A DNA stretch of 64,000 nt from Patescibacteria group bacterium. GTDB lineage: Bacteria > Patescibacteriota > Minisyncoccia > UBA6257 > 2-01-FULL-56-20. The notes under the pieces were generated by a model, which made no database searches, was not told the origin of the DNA, and saw only the letters and a program-made list of their open reading frames with translations. Positions 47,679-57,028 of this stretch are shown here, in pieces. The position numbers and the translations under genes were made by a program. The stretch's first letter is position 1, and each line of letters opens with the position of its first letter. Where the stretch lies: positions 92,325 through 156,324 of the forward strand of contig JAGXBC010000003.1 of the NCBI GenBank assembly GCA_018971305.1, read 5' to 3'.

Positions 47679-48404
47679 ATGCCTGCGATAATAGATGTAA
47701 AAAACTTGGAAAAGGTTTACAACGAGGGCGGAGTGGAAACTCCGGCTCTGCGCGGAATATCTTTTTCCATAAATGCCGGGGATTTTTTGGCCATCATGGG
47801 CGCCTCCGGTTCCGGAAAATCTACCCTGCTTCACATTCTGGGATTTTTGGATAGGCCGACAGGCGGTGAATACAGGTTTGACGGCAAAACGATGGATGAT
47901 TATTCGGATGACGAAATTGCCAGCGTGCGCAACAAAAAAATGGGTTTCGTTTTTCAGGCTTTCAATCTTTTGCCTAAAACATCGGTTCTGGATAACGTAA
48001 AACTGCCGCTAACTTATACCGACATCAAGGAATCACTCTGGGATGACATGGCTATGAAGGCACTGGAATCTGTGGGACTAAGCCATAGGATTCATCATGA
48101 TTCTTCACAGCTTTCCGGCGGTGAAAAGCAGCGCGCGGCGATAGCGAGGGCACTTATAAACAATCCTCAGGTTATTTTTGCCGACGAACCGACAGGTAAT
48201 CTTGATTCCAAGTCCGGTCAGACAGTTATGGAACTTATCCAGGATTTGAACGAAAAGCAGGGTCATACGATAGTTCTTATTACGCACGAAACCTATACGG
48301 CCGAACACGCCGGCAGGATTATTCGTTTGCTTGACGGAAAAATAGAAAGCGATAAAACGCTTGACCATCACCACCGCCTGCGAGCCGATCAATTCCAAAA
48401 ATAA
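47679..48404 (+). CDS. ABC transporter ATP-binding protein (MacB/LolD-like)
   Basis: Walker A GASGSGKST, signature LSGGEKQRAAIARAL, and Walker B IFADEPTGNLD. Confidence 0.85.
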   Translation: MPAIIDVKNLEKVYNEGGVETPALRGISFSINAGDFLAIMGASGSGKSTLLHILGFLDRPTGGEYRFDGKTMDDYSDDEIASVRNKKMGFVFQAFNLLPKTSVLDNVKLPLTYTDIKESLWDDMAMKALESVGLSHRIHHDSSQLSGGEKQRAAIARALINNPQVIFADEPTGNLDSKSGQTVMELIQDLNEKQGHTIVLITHETYTAEHAGRIIRLLDGKIESDKTLDHHHRLRADQFQK

Positions 48405-48406
48405 TC

Positions 48407-49645
48407 ATGACCATTAAACACAGCATAAAGTCGGCCGTTATGGCCATCAGGGCGCACAAATCGCGCTCAATATTGACCATTCTGGGAATTGTCGTCGGCA
48501 TTACCTCAATCATTATCGTGATGTCCATAGGCGAGGGAGCCAAGAATCTTATTCTCAGCCAGATCCAGGGACTGGGTTCGAAAACCATAGCAATTCTTCC
48601 CGGAAGAGAACCGACAAGCCCCACCGATGTCGCTCAGTTGATGAGTGATTCGCTTAAGGACAAAGACCTGCAATTATTGGAAAACAAAAGCAATGTGCCC
48701 AATGTTTCGGATATAATGCCGGTTGTCTTCGGCGGCGAAACGGCATACTACGATAACAATACTTATAGGATAACTGTTTTCGGAGCAACCGACCTGGTAA
48801 CGAAAATTTTTGATATTTATCCGTCTCAGGGAAATTTCTTTACAGCAGAAGATGTAAGGAGCAAGGCCGATGTGGCAATAATCGGTTCTAAGGTCAAAGA
48901 TAAATTGTTCGGCCCTTCGGATGCCATCGGGCAAAGGATAAAAATAAACAACAAAAGCTTCCGCGTTATAGGCGTGTTCGGCCAGAAAGGCCAGGTGTCG
49001 TTCTTTAATTTTGATGAAATGGCGGTTGTACCCTATACAACGGCTCAGCAATATGTTTTCGGCATAAAATACTTCCACCGCATTATTGTGGAAGCCGACT
49101 CGGAAACGAATTTGGATTCGACCGTTAAAGATATTCAGATAACCCTGCGCAATTCTCATGGTATAACCGACCCGACCAAGGATGATTTTTCGGTGCAGAC
49201 ATCCGCAGACCTGGCTCAGCGATTAGGAACGATAACAGATATTCTGACATTACTTCTTACTTCCGTTGCCGCCATTTCTCTTGTTGTCGGTGGTATCGGT
49301 ATTATGAATATCATGCTCGTCTCCGTTACGGAGCGTACCCGGGAAATAGGCCTGAGGAAAGCGCTTGGAGCAACGAACAGAAATATTCTTCTGCAATTCC
49401 TTTTGGAAGCTATTGCTCTCACGGGCCTTGGCGGGGTAGTCGGAATTTTACTGGGCAGCGGGATTTCTTTCGCCGTAGCCATAGCCGTAAGCCGATTTTT
49501 GGGATTGAATTGGGTATTCACTTTTCCCATTAACGGAGCCATAATTGGCATCGTGGTCTCCACCGCCATCGGTCTTATTTTCGGACTTTACCCGGCGCGG
49601 CAAGCCGCCAGAAAAGATCCGATTGAGGCATTGAGGTACGAATAA
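48407..49645 (+). CDS. ABC transporter permease (FtsX/MacB-type)
   Basis: N-terminal TM, a large periplasmic domain, and three C-terminal TM helices with the FtsX-like fold. Confidence 0.8.
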   Translation: MTIKHSIKSAVMAIRAHKSRSILTILGIVVGITSIIIVMSIGEGAKNLILSQIQGLGSKTIAILPGREPTSPTDVAQLMSDSLKDKDLQLLENKSNVPNVSDIMPVVFGGETAYYDNNTYRITVFGATDLVTKIFDIYPSQGNFFTAEDVRSKADVAIIGSKVKDKLFGPSDAIGQRIKINNKSFRVIGVFGQKGQVSFFNFDEMAVVPYTTAQQYVFGIKYFHRIIVEADSETNLDSTVKDIQITLRNSHGITDPTKDDFSVQTSADLAQRLGTITDILTLLLTSVAAISLVVGGIGIMNIMLVSVTERTREIGLRKALGATNRNILLQFLLEAIALTGLGGVVGILLGSGISFAVAIAVSRFLGLNWVFTFPINGAIIGIVVSTAIGLIFGLYPARQAARKDPIEALRYE

Positions 49646-49863
49646 TCTAAAGAGTTGGGGAAATTAGAGATTGGAGTAAAAATATAAGGGGCGCTCATTG
49701 CTGGGCGCCATTTTTGTCTAATCACTATATTACGGTGTTTTCCAGTAATAGGGCGATCAGCTAATTCCTTATGTATATAACGTGAACTTGGACTTTATTA
49801 TTTTTTTGTATTTCAATTGCCTCCGTATTAGACGCTGAAAACGTTGTAAACTTCGTTGCTTTT

Positions 49864-49895
49864 TCTTGTCAAACAAGATAAACTTTTCTTGTCAG
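49864..49895 (+). promoter_or_regulatory. inverted repeat TCTTGT-caa-ACAAGA plus a repeated half-site upstream of uvrA (candidate operator, possibly an SOS box)
   Basis: Palindrome at 49864-49878. cttttcttgtca is repeated at 49884-49895. Both lie about 55-85 nt upstream of the uvrA start. Confidence 0.3.
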
Positions 49896-49950
49896 TACCA
49901 CCCCTCTAAGAGCGAACACGGGGGCGTTTTGGTATTTACCAACAAAAATT

Positions 49951-52491
49951 ATGAGAGACAAAATAGTAATTAAAGGCGCGCGCGAGCACAATCTCAAGAA
50001 TATTAATCTTGAACTGCCGCGGGATAAGATGATAGTTTTTACCGGTCTTTCTGGATCCGGCAAGTCAAGCTTGGCTTTTGACACGATTTTTGCCGAAGGC
50101 CAGAGGCGTTACATCGAATCACTTTCCGCTTATGCGCGGCAGTTTTTGGGCAAACTGGATAAGCCAGATGTGGATGAAATTGAAGGTCTGTCGCCGGCTA
50201 TTTCTATAGATCAAAAAAGCCATTCGGCGAACCCCCGTTCCACGGTTGCTACCATAACGGAAATTTACGATTACCTCCGCGTTCTTTTTGCCCGCGTTGG
50301 CAAGCCATTTTGTCCGAGGTGCGGCCGAGAAATAAAAAAAATGACGAATGAAGAAATCGTTGACATAGCTATCGAAATTTCCGATACCGCATCGTCATCG
50401 GCTCCCGGCAAGGGTAAGCTCGGCAAGAACATCGTTATTCTCGCTCCGGTTGTCCGGGGCAGAAAGGGGGAATATTATCAAATGCTTTATGACTTTTTGA
50501 ACGCAGGATTTTCCGAGGTGCGCATAGACGGGAAATTCCAGTCGCTGAGGGAAAGGGTGGAGCTCAGCCGTTACAAGATCCACAACATTGAGCTTGTCGT
50601 AGACAGGATGCCAGCCGGACTTGATTTCAAAGACAAAGACAGCAGACTGCGTCTTTCCGAAGCCATAGAGTCGGCTCTTAAATACGGCAACGATGTCGTG
50701 ACAATCATCGCCGACAAAGAAATATCGCTTTCCGCAAAGTTCACTTGTCCGCAAGACGGATTTTCTTTTCCGGAAATAGAGCCGCGCCTTTTTTCGTTTA
50801 ACAGCCCTTATGGCGCCTGCCCGGAGTGCCACGGCTTGGGAGTTAAAGAGCTTTGGTCGGAGGAAATTTGTCCGATTTGTACCGGCAAACGGTTAAAAGA
50901 AGAAGCCCTCAATGTTCTCGTAAACGGAAAGAATATAAATTCCGTTACTGCTATGTCCATAGAAGAAGCAATTAATTTTTTTACCGGACTTAATCTGAAA
51001 AACGAGAGCGCTAACGCTGTTGCCGAAACACCACTGCGGGAAATAAAAAGCCGTTTAAAGTTCATGATTGACGTTGGCTTGGATTATCTGACGCTGGACC
51101 GAAAAGCAGGGACGCTTTCCGGAGGAGAATCGCAAAGAATACGCCTGGCTTCGCAGATCGGTTCGCGGCTTGTCGGCACTCTCTATATTCTTGACGAACC
51201 GACTATCGGCTTGCATCAGCGCGATAATGCCAAGCTTATCAAAACACTGCATGACCTGCGTGATTTGGGCAATACTATAATTGTTGTTGAACACGACGAA
51301 GAAACAATCCGCGAATCAGATTATCTCGTTGATATCGGGCCGGCGGCCGGCGTTCATGGCGGGAAAATCGTTACGTACGGACCGATACCGGAAATTATAA
51401 AAGATAAAACGAAAGATTCTCTGACCCTGCAATATCTTCGCGGAAAAAAATTTATTGATGTCCCATCCAAGAGGCGAGAAATGGGTAAGAGTCAGAATTA
51501 CCTTAAAATCCGGGGGGCATCGGCGAATAATTTAAAGAATATTGATGTGGATATACCGCTTAAAAGATTTACGGCCGTAACCGGGGTTTCCGGTTCCGGC
51601 AAGAGCAGTCTGGTTTACGACGTACTTTATAAAAATCTGGCGGATAAATTTTATCACACGAGTTATAGGGCGGGGGGTAATAAAGCCATCCTTGGATTGG
51701 AACATATAAATCGCGTAATCAATATTGACCAATCGCCGATAGGCAGGACGCCGCGTTCCAATCCGGCGACTTACGTCGGTGCCTGGACATATATCCGTGA
51801 TTTATTTGCCGCCACGGAAGACGCGCGCGTGAGAGGTTATAAAGCCGGGCGGTTCAGCTTTAATGTTCCTGGCGGCCGCTGCGAGAACTGTGAAGGCCAC
51901 GGTACGATTGCCATAGAAATGCATTTCTTGCCCACGGTTTATGTGACTTGCGATATTTGCAAGGGAAAACGTTTTGACCGCGAAACTCTGGAGGTGGAAT
52001 ATAAGGGCAAGAATATTTATCAGGCATTGCAAATGACCATTGAAGAAGCGGTTAAATTTTTTGAGGATATTCCCTGGCTATACGAAAGGTTGAATATTTT
52101 GGAAGAAGTCGGTTTAGGATATCTGGAGTTGGGGCAGTCAGCGACAACGCTTTCTGGCGGTGAGGCACAAAGGGTGAAACTTGCCGCAGAACTCGGGAAG
52201 CGCGACACGCATCGCACGCTTTATCTTCTTGACGAACCGACCACAGGCCTGCATTTTGCCGATGTTGACCAGCTTTTGAAGGTTTTACAGCGGCTTGTGG
52301 ATAGGGGGAATACAGTAGTAGTCATTGAGCATAACTTGGACGTGATTAAAACGGCCGATTGGGTTATTGACTTGGGTCCCGAAGGCGGCGAAAGAGGTGG
52401 GAAAATTGTAGCTGCCGGAACACCGGAACAGATTGCACGCAAGGTAGGAAGTTTTACCGGAGAATATTTACGAAAGGTATTGCAAAAATAG
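49951..52491 (+). CDS. uvrA: excinuclease ABC subunit A (short form, apparently lacking the insertion domain)
   Basis: Two ABC modules ([18 protein letters not shown]), signature motifs, and zinc-finger Cys pairs. Manual alignment to E. coli UvrA shows the CHGLG...CPIC zinc module closes with no ~100-aa insertion domain. Confidence 0.9.
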   Translation: MRDKIVIKGAREHNLKNINLELPRDKMIVFTGLSGSGKSSLAFDTIFAEGQRRYIESLSAYARQFLGKLDKPDVDEIEGLSPAISIDQKSHSANPRSTVATITEIYDYLRVLFARVGKPFCPRCGREIKKMTNEEIVDIAIEISDTASSSAPGKGKLGKNIVILAPVVRGRKGEYYQMLYDFLNAGFSEVRIDGKFQSLRERVELSRYKIHNIELVVDRMPAGLDFKDKDSRLRLSEAIESALKYGNDVVTIIADKEISLSAKFTCPQDGFSFPEIEPRLFSFNSPYGACPECHGLGVKELWSEEICPICTGKRLKEEALNVLVNGKNINSVTAMSIEEAINFFTGLNLKNESANAVAETPLREIKSRLKFMIDVGLDYLTLDRKAGTLSGGESQRIRLASQIGSRLVGTLYILDEPTIGLHQRDNAKLIKTLHDLRDLGNTIIVVEHDEETIRESDYLVDIGPAAGVHGGKIVTYGPIPEIIKDKTKDSLTLQYLRGKKFIDVPSKRREMGKSQNYLKIRGASANNLKNIDVDIPLKRFTAVTGVSGSGKSSLVYDVLYKNLADKFYHTSYRAGGNKAILGLEHINRVINIDQSPIGRTPRSNPATYVGAWTYIRDLFAATEDARVRGYKAGRFSFNVPGGRCENCEGHGTIAIEMHFLPTVYVTCDICKGKRFDRETLEVEYKGKNIYQALQMTIEEAVKFFEDIPWLYERLNILEEVGLGYLELGQSATTLSGGEAQRVKLAAELGKRDTHRTLYLLDEPTTGLHFADVDQLLKVLQRLVDRGNTVVVIEHNLDVIKTADWVIDLGPEGGERGGKIVAAGTPEQIARKVGSFTGEYLRKVLQK

Positions 52492-52560
52492 TTTGAAATT
52501 ATCTGAGATTGATGATAGATTCAGTTTAGCTTTATTTTTTGAGAACAGGAGAGGATTGCG

Positions 52561-53082
52561 ATGAGAAATCTGATACGCCAGAAAATCTCAGAGTTGTTGA
52601 TAGGTATAGTAGCTGTCTCAGTCATTTTAGAAGACTACTTACCGAAATTGCGTTGGCATCTCAGTTCTTTGATTCTAGCTGCTACCATAACCCTTATTAT
52701 AAAAGTGTTCCGCGACGAAGCACGATATTTTAAAACCGTTTTCCTGATATGTCCGATAAGAGGAGTCACGGCAGATGAGTTGGAAGATATTAAAATTTAC
52801 GTGGCCAAATTGGAAGGAACGGGGAAAAAGGTTTACTGGCCTTATCGCGATACCAACCAGAATGACCCTGTCGGACTTAGGATTTGCACGGATAATTGCA
52901 ACGCAATAAAGGCAAGTTACGAGATTCATATTTGGTGGAAGCCGAACTCCGAAGGTTCAAAATTTGATCTCGGTATGGCTTTCGCCCTGGAAAAAAAGAT
53001 TGTCATCGCTAACCCCGAAGACGTAAAAGCTATGTCCGGGAAAAATTTCAGTAATGTTTTGTTGAAACTCGCCGAAAGATAA
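52561..53082 (+). CDS. membrane-anchored nucleoside 2-deoxyribosyltransferase-like (PF05014-like) protein
   Basis: N-terminal TM, and the C-terminal SKFDLGMAFALEKKIVI resembles the DxGTAFELGxAxAxGKP motif. Confidence 0.4.
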   Translation: MRNLIRQKISELLIGIVAVSVILEDYLPKLRWHLSSLILAATITLIIKVFRDEARYFKTVFLICPIRGVTADELEDIKIYVAKLEGTGKKVYWPYRDTNQNDPVGLRICTDNCNAIKASYEIHIWWKPNSEGSKFDLGMAFALEKKIVIANPEDVKAMSGKNFSNVLLKLAER

Positions 53083-53151
53083 GAATCCAACCGCCCCGGT
53101 CTTTGCCGCGGCGGATTTCTTTTTATTAAAAATTATTGTTAATATATACAT

Positions 53152-53433
53152 ATGCTCAAGATTACAGGTAACGATATTTTCCGGGCCGGAGAAAAGATAG
53201 GCTGGGTAGAGGGAAGCCATGTTTATGCCCATGATGGTAAAAAATTGGGATATTTCTCGGGAAATTATATTTACGGATATGATGGCAGGAAAATAGCCTA
53301 CATTGAAGGCGATCATCTTTTTTCTGGTGGCAGCGGCGTAAAGGTTCCGTTAGAAAAAATAAGCGAATTAATAGAGGGGGGCATACTTCCGGAAGCGGGC
53401 AAGTGTGCTATATATGTCCTTCTGGGAGATTAG
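53152..53433 (+). CDS. small protein built of G/Y-rich internal repeats
   Basis: Repeats GxKIGWVEGSHVYAHDGKKLGYFSGNYIYGYDGRKIAYIEGDHLF. Confidence 0.25.
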   Translation: MLKITGNDIFRAGEKIGWVEGSHVYAHDGKKLGYFSGNYIYGYDGRKIAYIEGDHLFSGGSGVKVPLEKISELIEGGILPEAGKCAIYVLLGD

Positions 53434-54311
53434 AAAATAATTCAATGATAAAGACCAAGAAACTCGGTCTGGCTCTTGGCGGCGGTGGAGCGAAAGGTTT
53501 GGCACATATCGGGGTTATCAAAGAGTTGGAACGTGCCGGAGTTCCTATTGATTTTATCGCGGGCACGAGCATGGGCGCTATTATCGGCGGCTGGTACGCG
53601 GCAACCAAGGACATCGAACATATCGAAAATATTTTTTTGAAACTGAAATTTAGGGATATTTTCCCATTCCGCGAATTTATCAGACACAAAGAAGGATCTC
53701 TTGCTGGAGGCGAAAGGATGAAAGCTCTTCTCGACGGCCACATGAAAGATCTAAAAATAGAGAATTGCAAGATTCCTTTCGCGGCCGTAGCTACCGATGT
53801 TAAAAACGGAGAGGCGGTCGTTATAAAGAAGGGCAATCTGGCCGAAGCGGCGCGGGCGAGTTCCGCGCTGCCGGTTATTTTTCGGGCCGTGCCATTAGGT
53901 GGCAAGCTTCTTATGGATGGAGGATTTTCCGATCCGATTCCCGTAGATGTAGCAAGAGAAATGGGAGCGGATTTTGTTTTGGCCGTGGACGTTTCCAGTA
54001 AGTGGCTTAAAGAAGACGGCAACGGTTCGGAAGACGTTAAAAGCGTTTATTCCGCCATTTCCAATTCTATGGCTCTTGTGGAGTATCAGCTCGCGAGGCC
54101 CATCATAAAAAATGCCGACCTTGTATTGCGCCCGCCGGTTTTGAATTTCAATTTATTGGGATTCGGAGATTCCGGGCAGATAATATCTTTGGGTGAGGAA
54201 GAAGCCCGATTATATATGGAAGAAATAAGAAAGGGCGCTGGAATCAGAGAACCAAGAAAAACAACGGGTGAGAAATTTATTGATTTCTTGTTCAATTCCG
54301 ATAAAAATTAA
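53403..54311 (+). CDS. patatin-like phospholipase (RssA-like)
   Basis: GGGGAKG oxyanion motif, the GTSMG nucleophile elbow, and a DGG catalytic Asp. Confidence 0.8.
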   Translation: MCYICPSGRLENNSMIKTKKLGLALGGGGAKGLAHIGVIKELERAGVPIDFIAGTSMGAIIGGWYAATKDIEHIENIFLKLKFRDIFPFREFIRHKEGSLAGGERMKALLDGHMKDLKIENCKIPFAAVATDVKNGEAVVIKKGNLAEAARASSALPVIFRAVPLGGKLLMDGGFSDPIPVDVAREMGADFVLAVDVSSKWLKEDGNGSEDVKSVYSAISNSMALVEYQLARPIIKNADLVLRPPVLNFNLLGFGDSGQIISLGEEEARLYMEEIRKGAGIREPRKTTGEKFIDFLFNSDKN

Positions 54312-54315
54312 GCTT

Positions 54316-55536
54316 ATGCGTAAAAAATTATACGACAAAATGCCGGTCACGCCCGGCGTTTATCTTATGAAAGACGCCTCTGGCAGTATTCTTTACGTCG
54401 GCAAGGCGGCGAATCTGCGACGCAGAGTTTCCAGCTATTTTGAGAGAGCTCACGACGCAAGAATAGACTCGCTGGTGAGCAAGATAAGAAAAATAGAACA
54501 CAAAAAAACTGATACGGCGCTGGAAGCTCTGATTTTGGAAGCGAAACTTATCAAACAATATCGCCCGCCGTTCAATATAAAAGACAATGACGATAAAAGC
54601 TTTTTATATATTGAAATTACTAAAGAAAAATTTCCTCGCGTGCTTTTGGTGAGGGGTAGGGAAGTGAAATCAGGGAAAGGCGCACATTTTGGACCTTTTG
54701 TTTCCGCTTCTAATGTTCGCGAGGCCTTAAAAATATTGAGGAAAATTTTTCCTTGGAATATGCACGATCCAGACAGGATTGGAAAATTTAACAGGCCTTG
54801 CTTTGATTATGAGATAGGGATTTGTCCGGGGACCTGCACCGGAACGATAAGCCGTGAGAATTATCTACAGAACATAAAAAATCTTAAGCTGTTCCTTGGG
54901 GGGTGCAAGGCCGCGGTTTTGAAAAATATGAAGCAAGAAATGGCCGCGGCCAGCAAGAGGCTTGACTTCGAAACAGCTGCTAAATTACGCGGGCGGATTT
55001 TCGCCTTACAGCACATCCAGGATACAGCGCTGATAAACGAATCTGATTTTGGAAACTGGAAACTGGAAATTGGAAATTCCGCTGCCCTAGGTGAGCAGCG
55101 GATAGAGGGCTACGATATCTCCAATATTTCCGGAACATCGGCAGTGGGCTCGATGGTTGTGTTCGTGAATGGCATGCCGGATAAAAAAGAATACAGAAAA
55201 TTCAAGATAAAAACGATTACTCAGCCGGATGACGTCGGCATGTTGAAAGAAGTATTGCGCCGCAGATTTCATAATAACTGGACCTTGCCTAACATAGTTC
55301 TGGTGGACGGGGGACTGGGGCAGGTTAACGCCGCAAAATCGGTGCTAAAAGAATTTGGACTAAAACTTCCTCTCCTAGGCATTGCCAAAGGACCGGAACG
55401 CAAAAGAAATGACATTATAGGATTCATACCTCGAGGGATAGAAAAGAACACCCTAATTAAGGTACGTGACGAGGCCCATCGCTTTGCGGTGAGCTACCAT
55501 AAACATTTACGGGGAAGAAACTTTATTGGACTTTAA
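54316..55536 (+). CDS. uvrC: excinuclease ABC subunit C (short form lacking the C-terminal HhH2); start at the internal ATG 54316
   Basis: GIY-YIG domain (PGVYLMKD...LYVGKAANLRRRV), UVR domain (LDFETAAKLRGRIFAL), and an EndoV-like RIEGYDISN domain. The gene ends after that domain. Confidence 0.8.
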   Translation: MRKKLYDKMPVTPGVYLMKDASGSILYVGKAANLRRRVSSYFERAHDARIDSLVSKIRKIEHKKTDTALEALILEAKLIKQYRPPFNIKDNDDKSFLYIEITKEKFPRVLLVRGREVKSGKGAHFGPFVSASNVREALKILRKIFPWNMHDPDRIGKFNRPCFDYEIGICPGTCTGTISRENYLQNIKNLKLFLGGCKAAVLKNMKQEMAAASKRLDFETAAKLRGRIFALQHIQDTALINESDFGNWKLEIGNSAALGEQRIEGYDISNISGTSAVGSMVVFVNGMPDKKEYRKFKIKTITQPDDVGMLKEVLRRRFHNNWTLPNIVLVDGGLGQVNAAKSVLKEFGLKLPLLGIAKGPERKRNDIIGFIPRGIEKNTLIKVRDEAHRFAVSYHKHLRGRNFIGL

Positions 55537-56320
55537 CTGAGAGTTTTAGCGTTGGATAAGCAGCAGAATAAAAGACATAAGAACCTGGGAATAATACCGA
55601 CGTATCAAAGGTAAAAGAACTTCCGATAGGAATGACGAAAGGGCTAAATCCGGTAAGAGTTATCTTATGATCTACTTGGTCATTATTAACGATGGTCAGC
55701 TTATCTCCTTTATTGAGCGACAAAGAGGGTTGGTCAAAAGCCAGATTATTTATCGTTACGGAATATGAAGACGGATGCAGCTCACTCGTATAGACAAGAG
55801 AAAATTCTCCGCTTGATACTTCGGGAAGCTTCGTACTGTCAAATTTAATTTTTATTATGTAGTTTCCCGCAGAAACTGTTTTTTTAGTGGGGCTGTATCT
55901 CGCTATATACAAATCGCGTGTGTTCCAGGTATAAGAAACTTGATGTACGTTGGTTTCCGATGTTATCCAGCCAACGACGCTTTTATCGGAAGCGTTAACT
56001 AAATATATCCCTCCGGTAAATCCGGATTCTTTGTCCCATTGAATAGTATTATTCTGGCTCAGCGCCAATTTTGCAGATACGGTTGGTGAAGTTATTTTTA
56101 TTCCGCTGACTTGGGTTGTTGTGGTTTGTCCCGAAGAAGGGCTCTTTACCTGACCGGTATTATTAGTTACAGGTTGAGGCTGGGATGAAGTTGCATTGGT
56201 CGTCGGAGCGCCCTGATCGGTTACCGGTGTCTTCGTGGCACTTACAAAGTACCAAATAGTTCCTACGACAACTATAAAAACGGCAATTGCTACAATTTTT
56301 AATGATTTTGTATCTTTCAT
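55523..56320 (-). CDS. secreted/anchored hypothetical protein
   Basis: N-terminal TM, a Thr/Gln-rich linker, and a beta-rich domain. Confidence 0.35.
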   Translation of the reverse strand: MKDTKSLKIVAIAVFIVVVGTIWYFVSATKTPVTDQGAPTTNATSSQPQPVTNNTGQVKSPSSGQTTTTQVSGIKITSPTVSAKLALSQNNTIQWDKESGFTGGIYLVNASDKSVVGWITSETNVHQVSYTWNTRDLYIARYSPTKKTVSAGNYIIKIKFDSTKLPEVSSGEFSLVYTSELHPSSYSVTINNLAFDQPSLSLNKGDKLTIVNNDQVDHKITLTGFSPFVIPIGSSFTFDTSVLFPGSYVFYSAAYPTLKLSVKVQ

Positions 56321-56416
56321 TTTAATTTTTATTTAGTTTATAATCCCGGTTCGTTGCTAGATGGCCACTTACTATTTATCTATCACTACCAAGTACAATT
56401 ATACTATACTTGAGTT

Positions 56417-56971
56417 ATGAAAGCACCTTTATTAAGGAACACAGAAAATATTTTACGCGCCGGCGGAATTGGTGTTATGCCCACCGACACTATTTATGGT
56501 TTGCTGGGTTCGGCTTTAAACAAAAAGACCGTGGCGAAAATATATAAATTGCGCCGCCGTAATACCAAAAAACCGCTCATAGTGCTTATCGGTTCTGCCA
56601 CCGATTTAGAAATATTCGGAATCAAACCCGAAGCGACAACAAAAAGACTTTTAAAAAAATTTTGGCCGGGGAAAACCAGCATAATACTCTCTTGTCGTGC
56701 AAAAAAATTCACATATCTTCATCGGGGTGCAAAGACGCTGGCCTTTCGCTTGCCTAAAACTTTTTGGTTAAGAAAACTCCTCGTCAAAACTGGTCCGCTT
56801 GTCGCCCCAAGCGCCAATTGGGAGGGTGAATTGCCCGCGCTAACGATAAATGATGCCAAGAAATATTTTGATAGCCAGATAGATTTTTATATCAATGCCG
56901 GGAAAATTATAGGGAAGCCGTCGAGATTGATAAAAATAAATTCCGGCAAGATAACTGTTTTACGCAAGTAG
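56417..56971 (+). CDS. tsaC: L-threonylcarbamoyladenylate synthase (YrdC/TsaC)
   Basis: YrdC signature GGIGVMPTDTIYGL. Confidence 0.8.
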   Translation: MKAPLLRNTENILRAGGIGVMPTDTIYGLLGSALNKKTVAKIYKLRRRNTKKPLIVLIGSATDLEIFGIKPEATTKRLLKKFWPGKTSIILSCRAKKFTYLHRGAKTLAFRLPKTFWLRKLLVKTGPLVAPSANWEGELPALTINDAKKYFDSQIDFYINAGKIIGKPSRLIKINSGKITVLRK

Positions 56972-57028
56972 GAGAGCGCCTATAATCATTTTTACGACTT
57001 ACTACGATTTCAGTGTTATAATGGGGAT

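Noticed and set aside
53408-54022. 204-aa minus-strand ORF antisense to the patatin gene
   Set aside because: The patatin reading has the GGGxxG, GxSxG and DGG motifs. The antisense translation is low-complexity.
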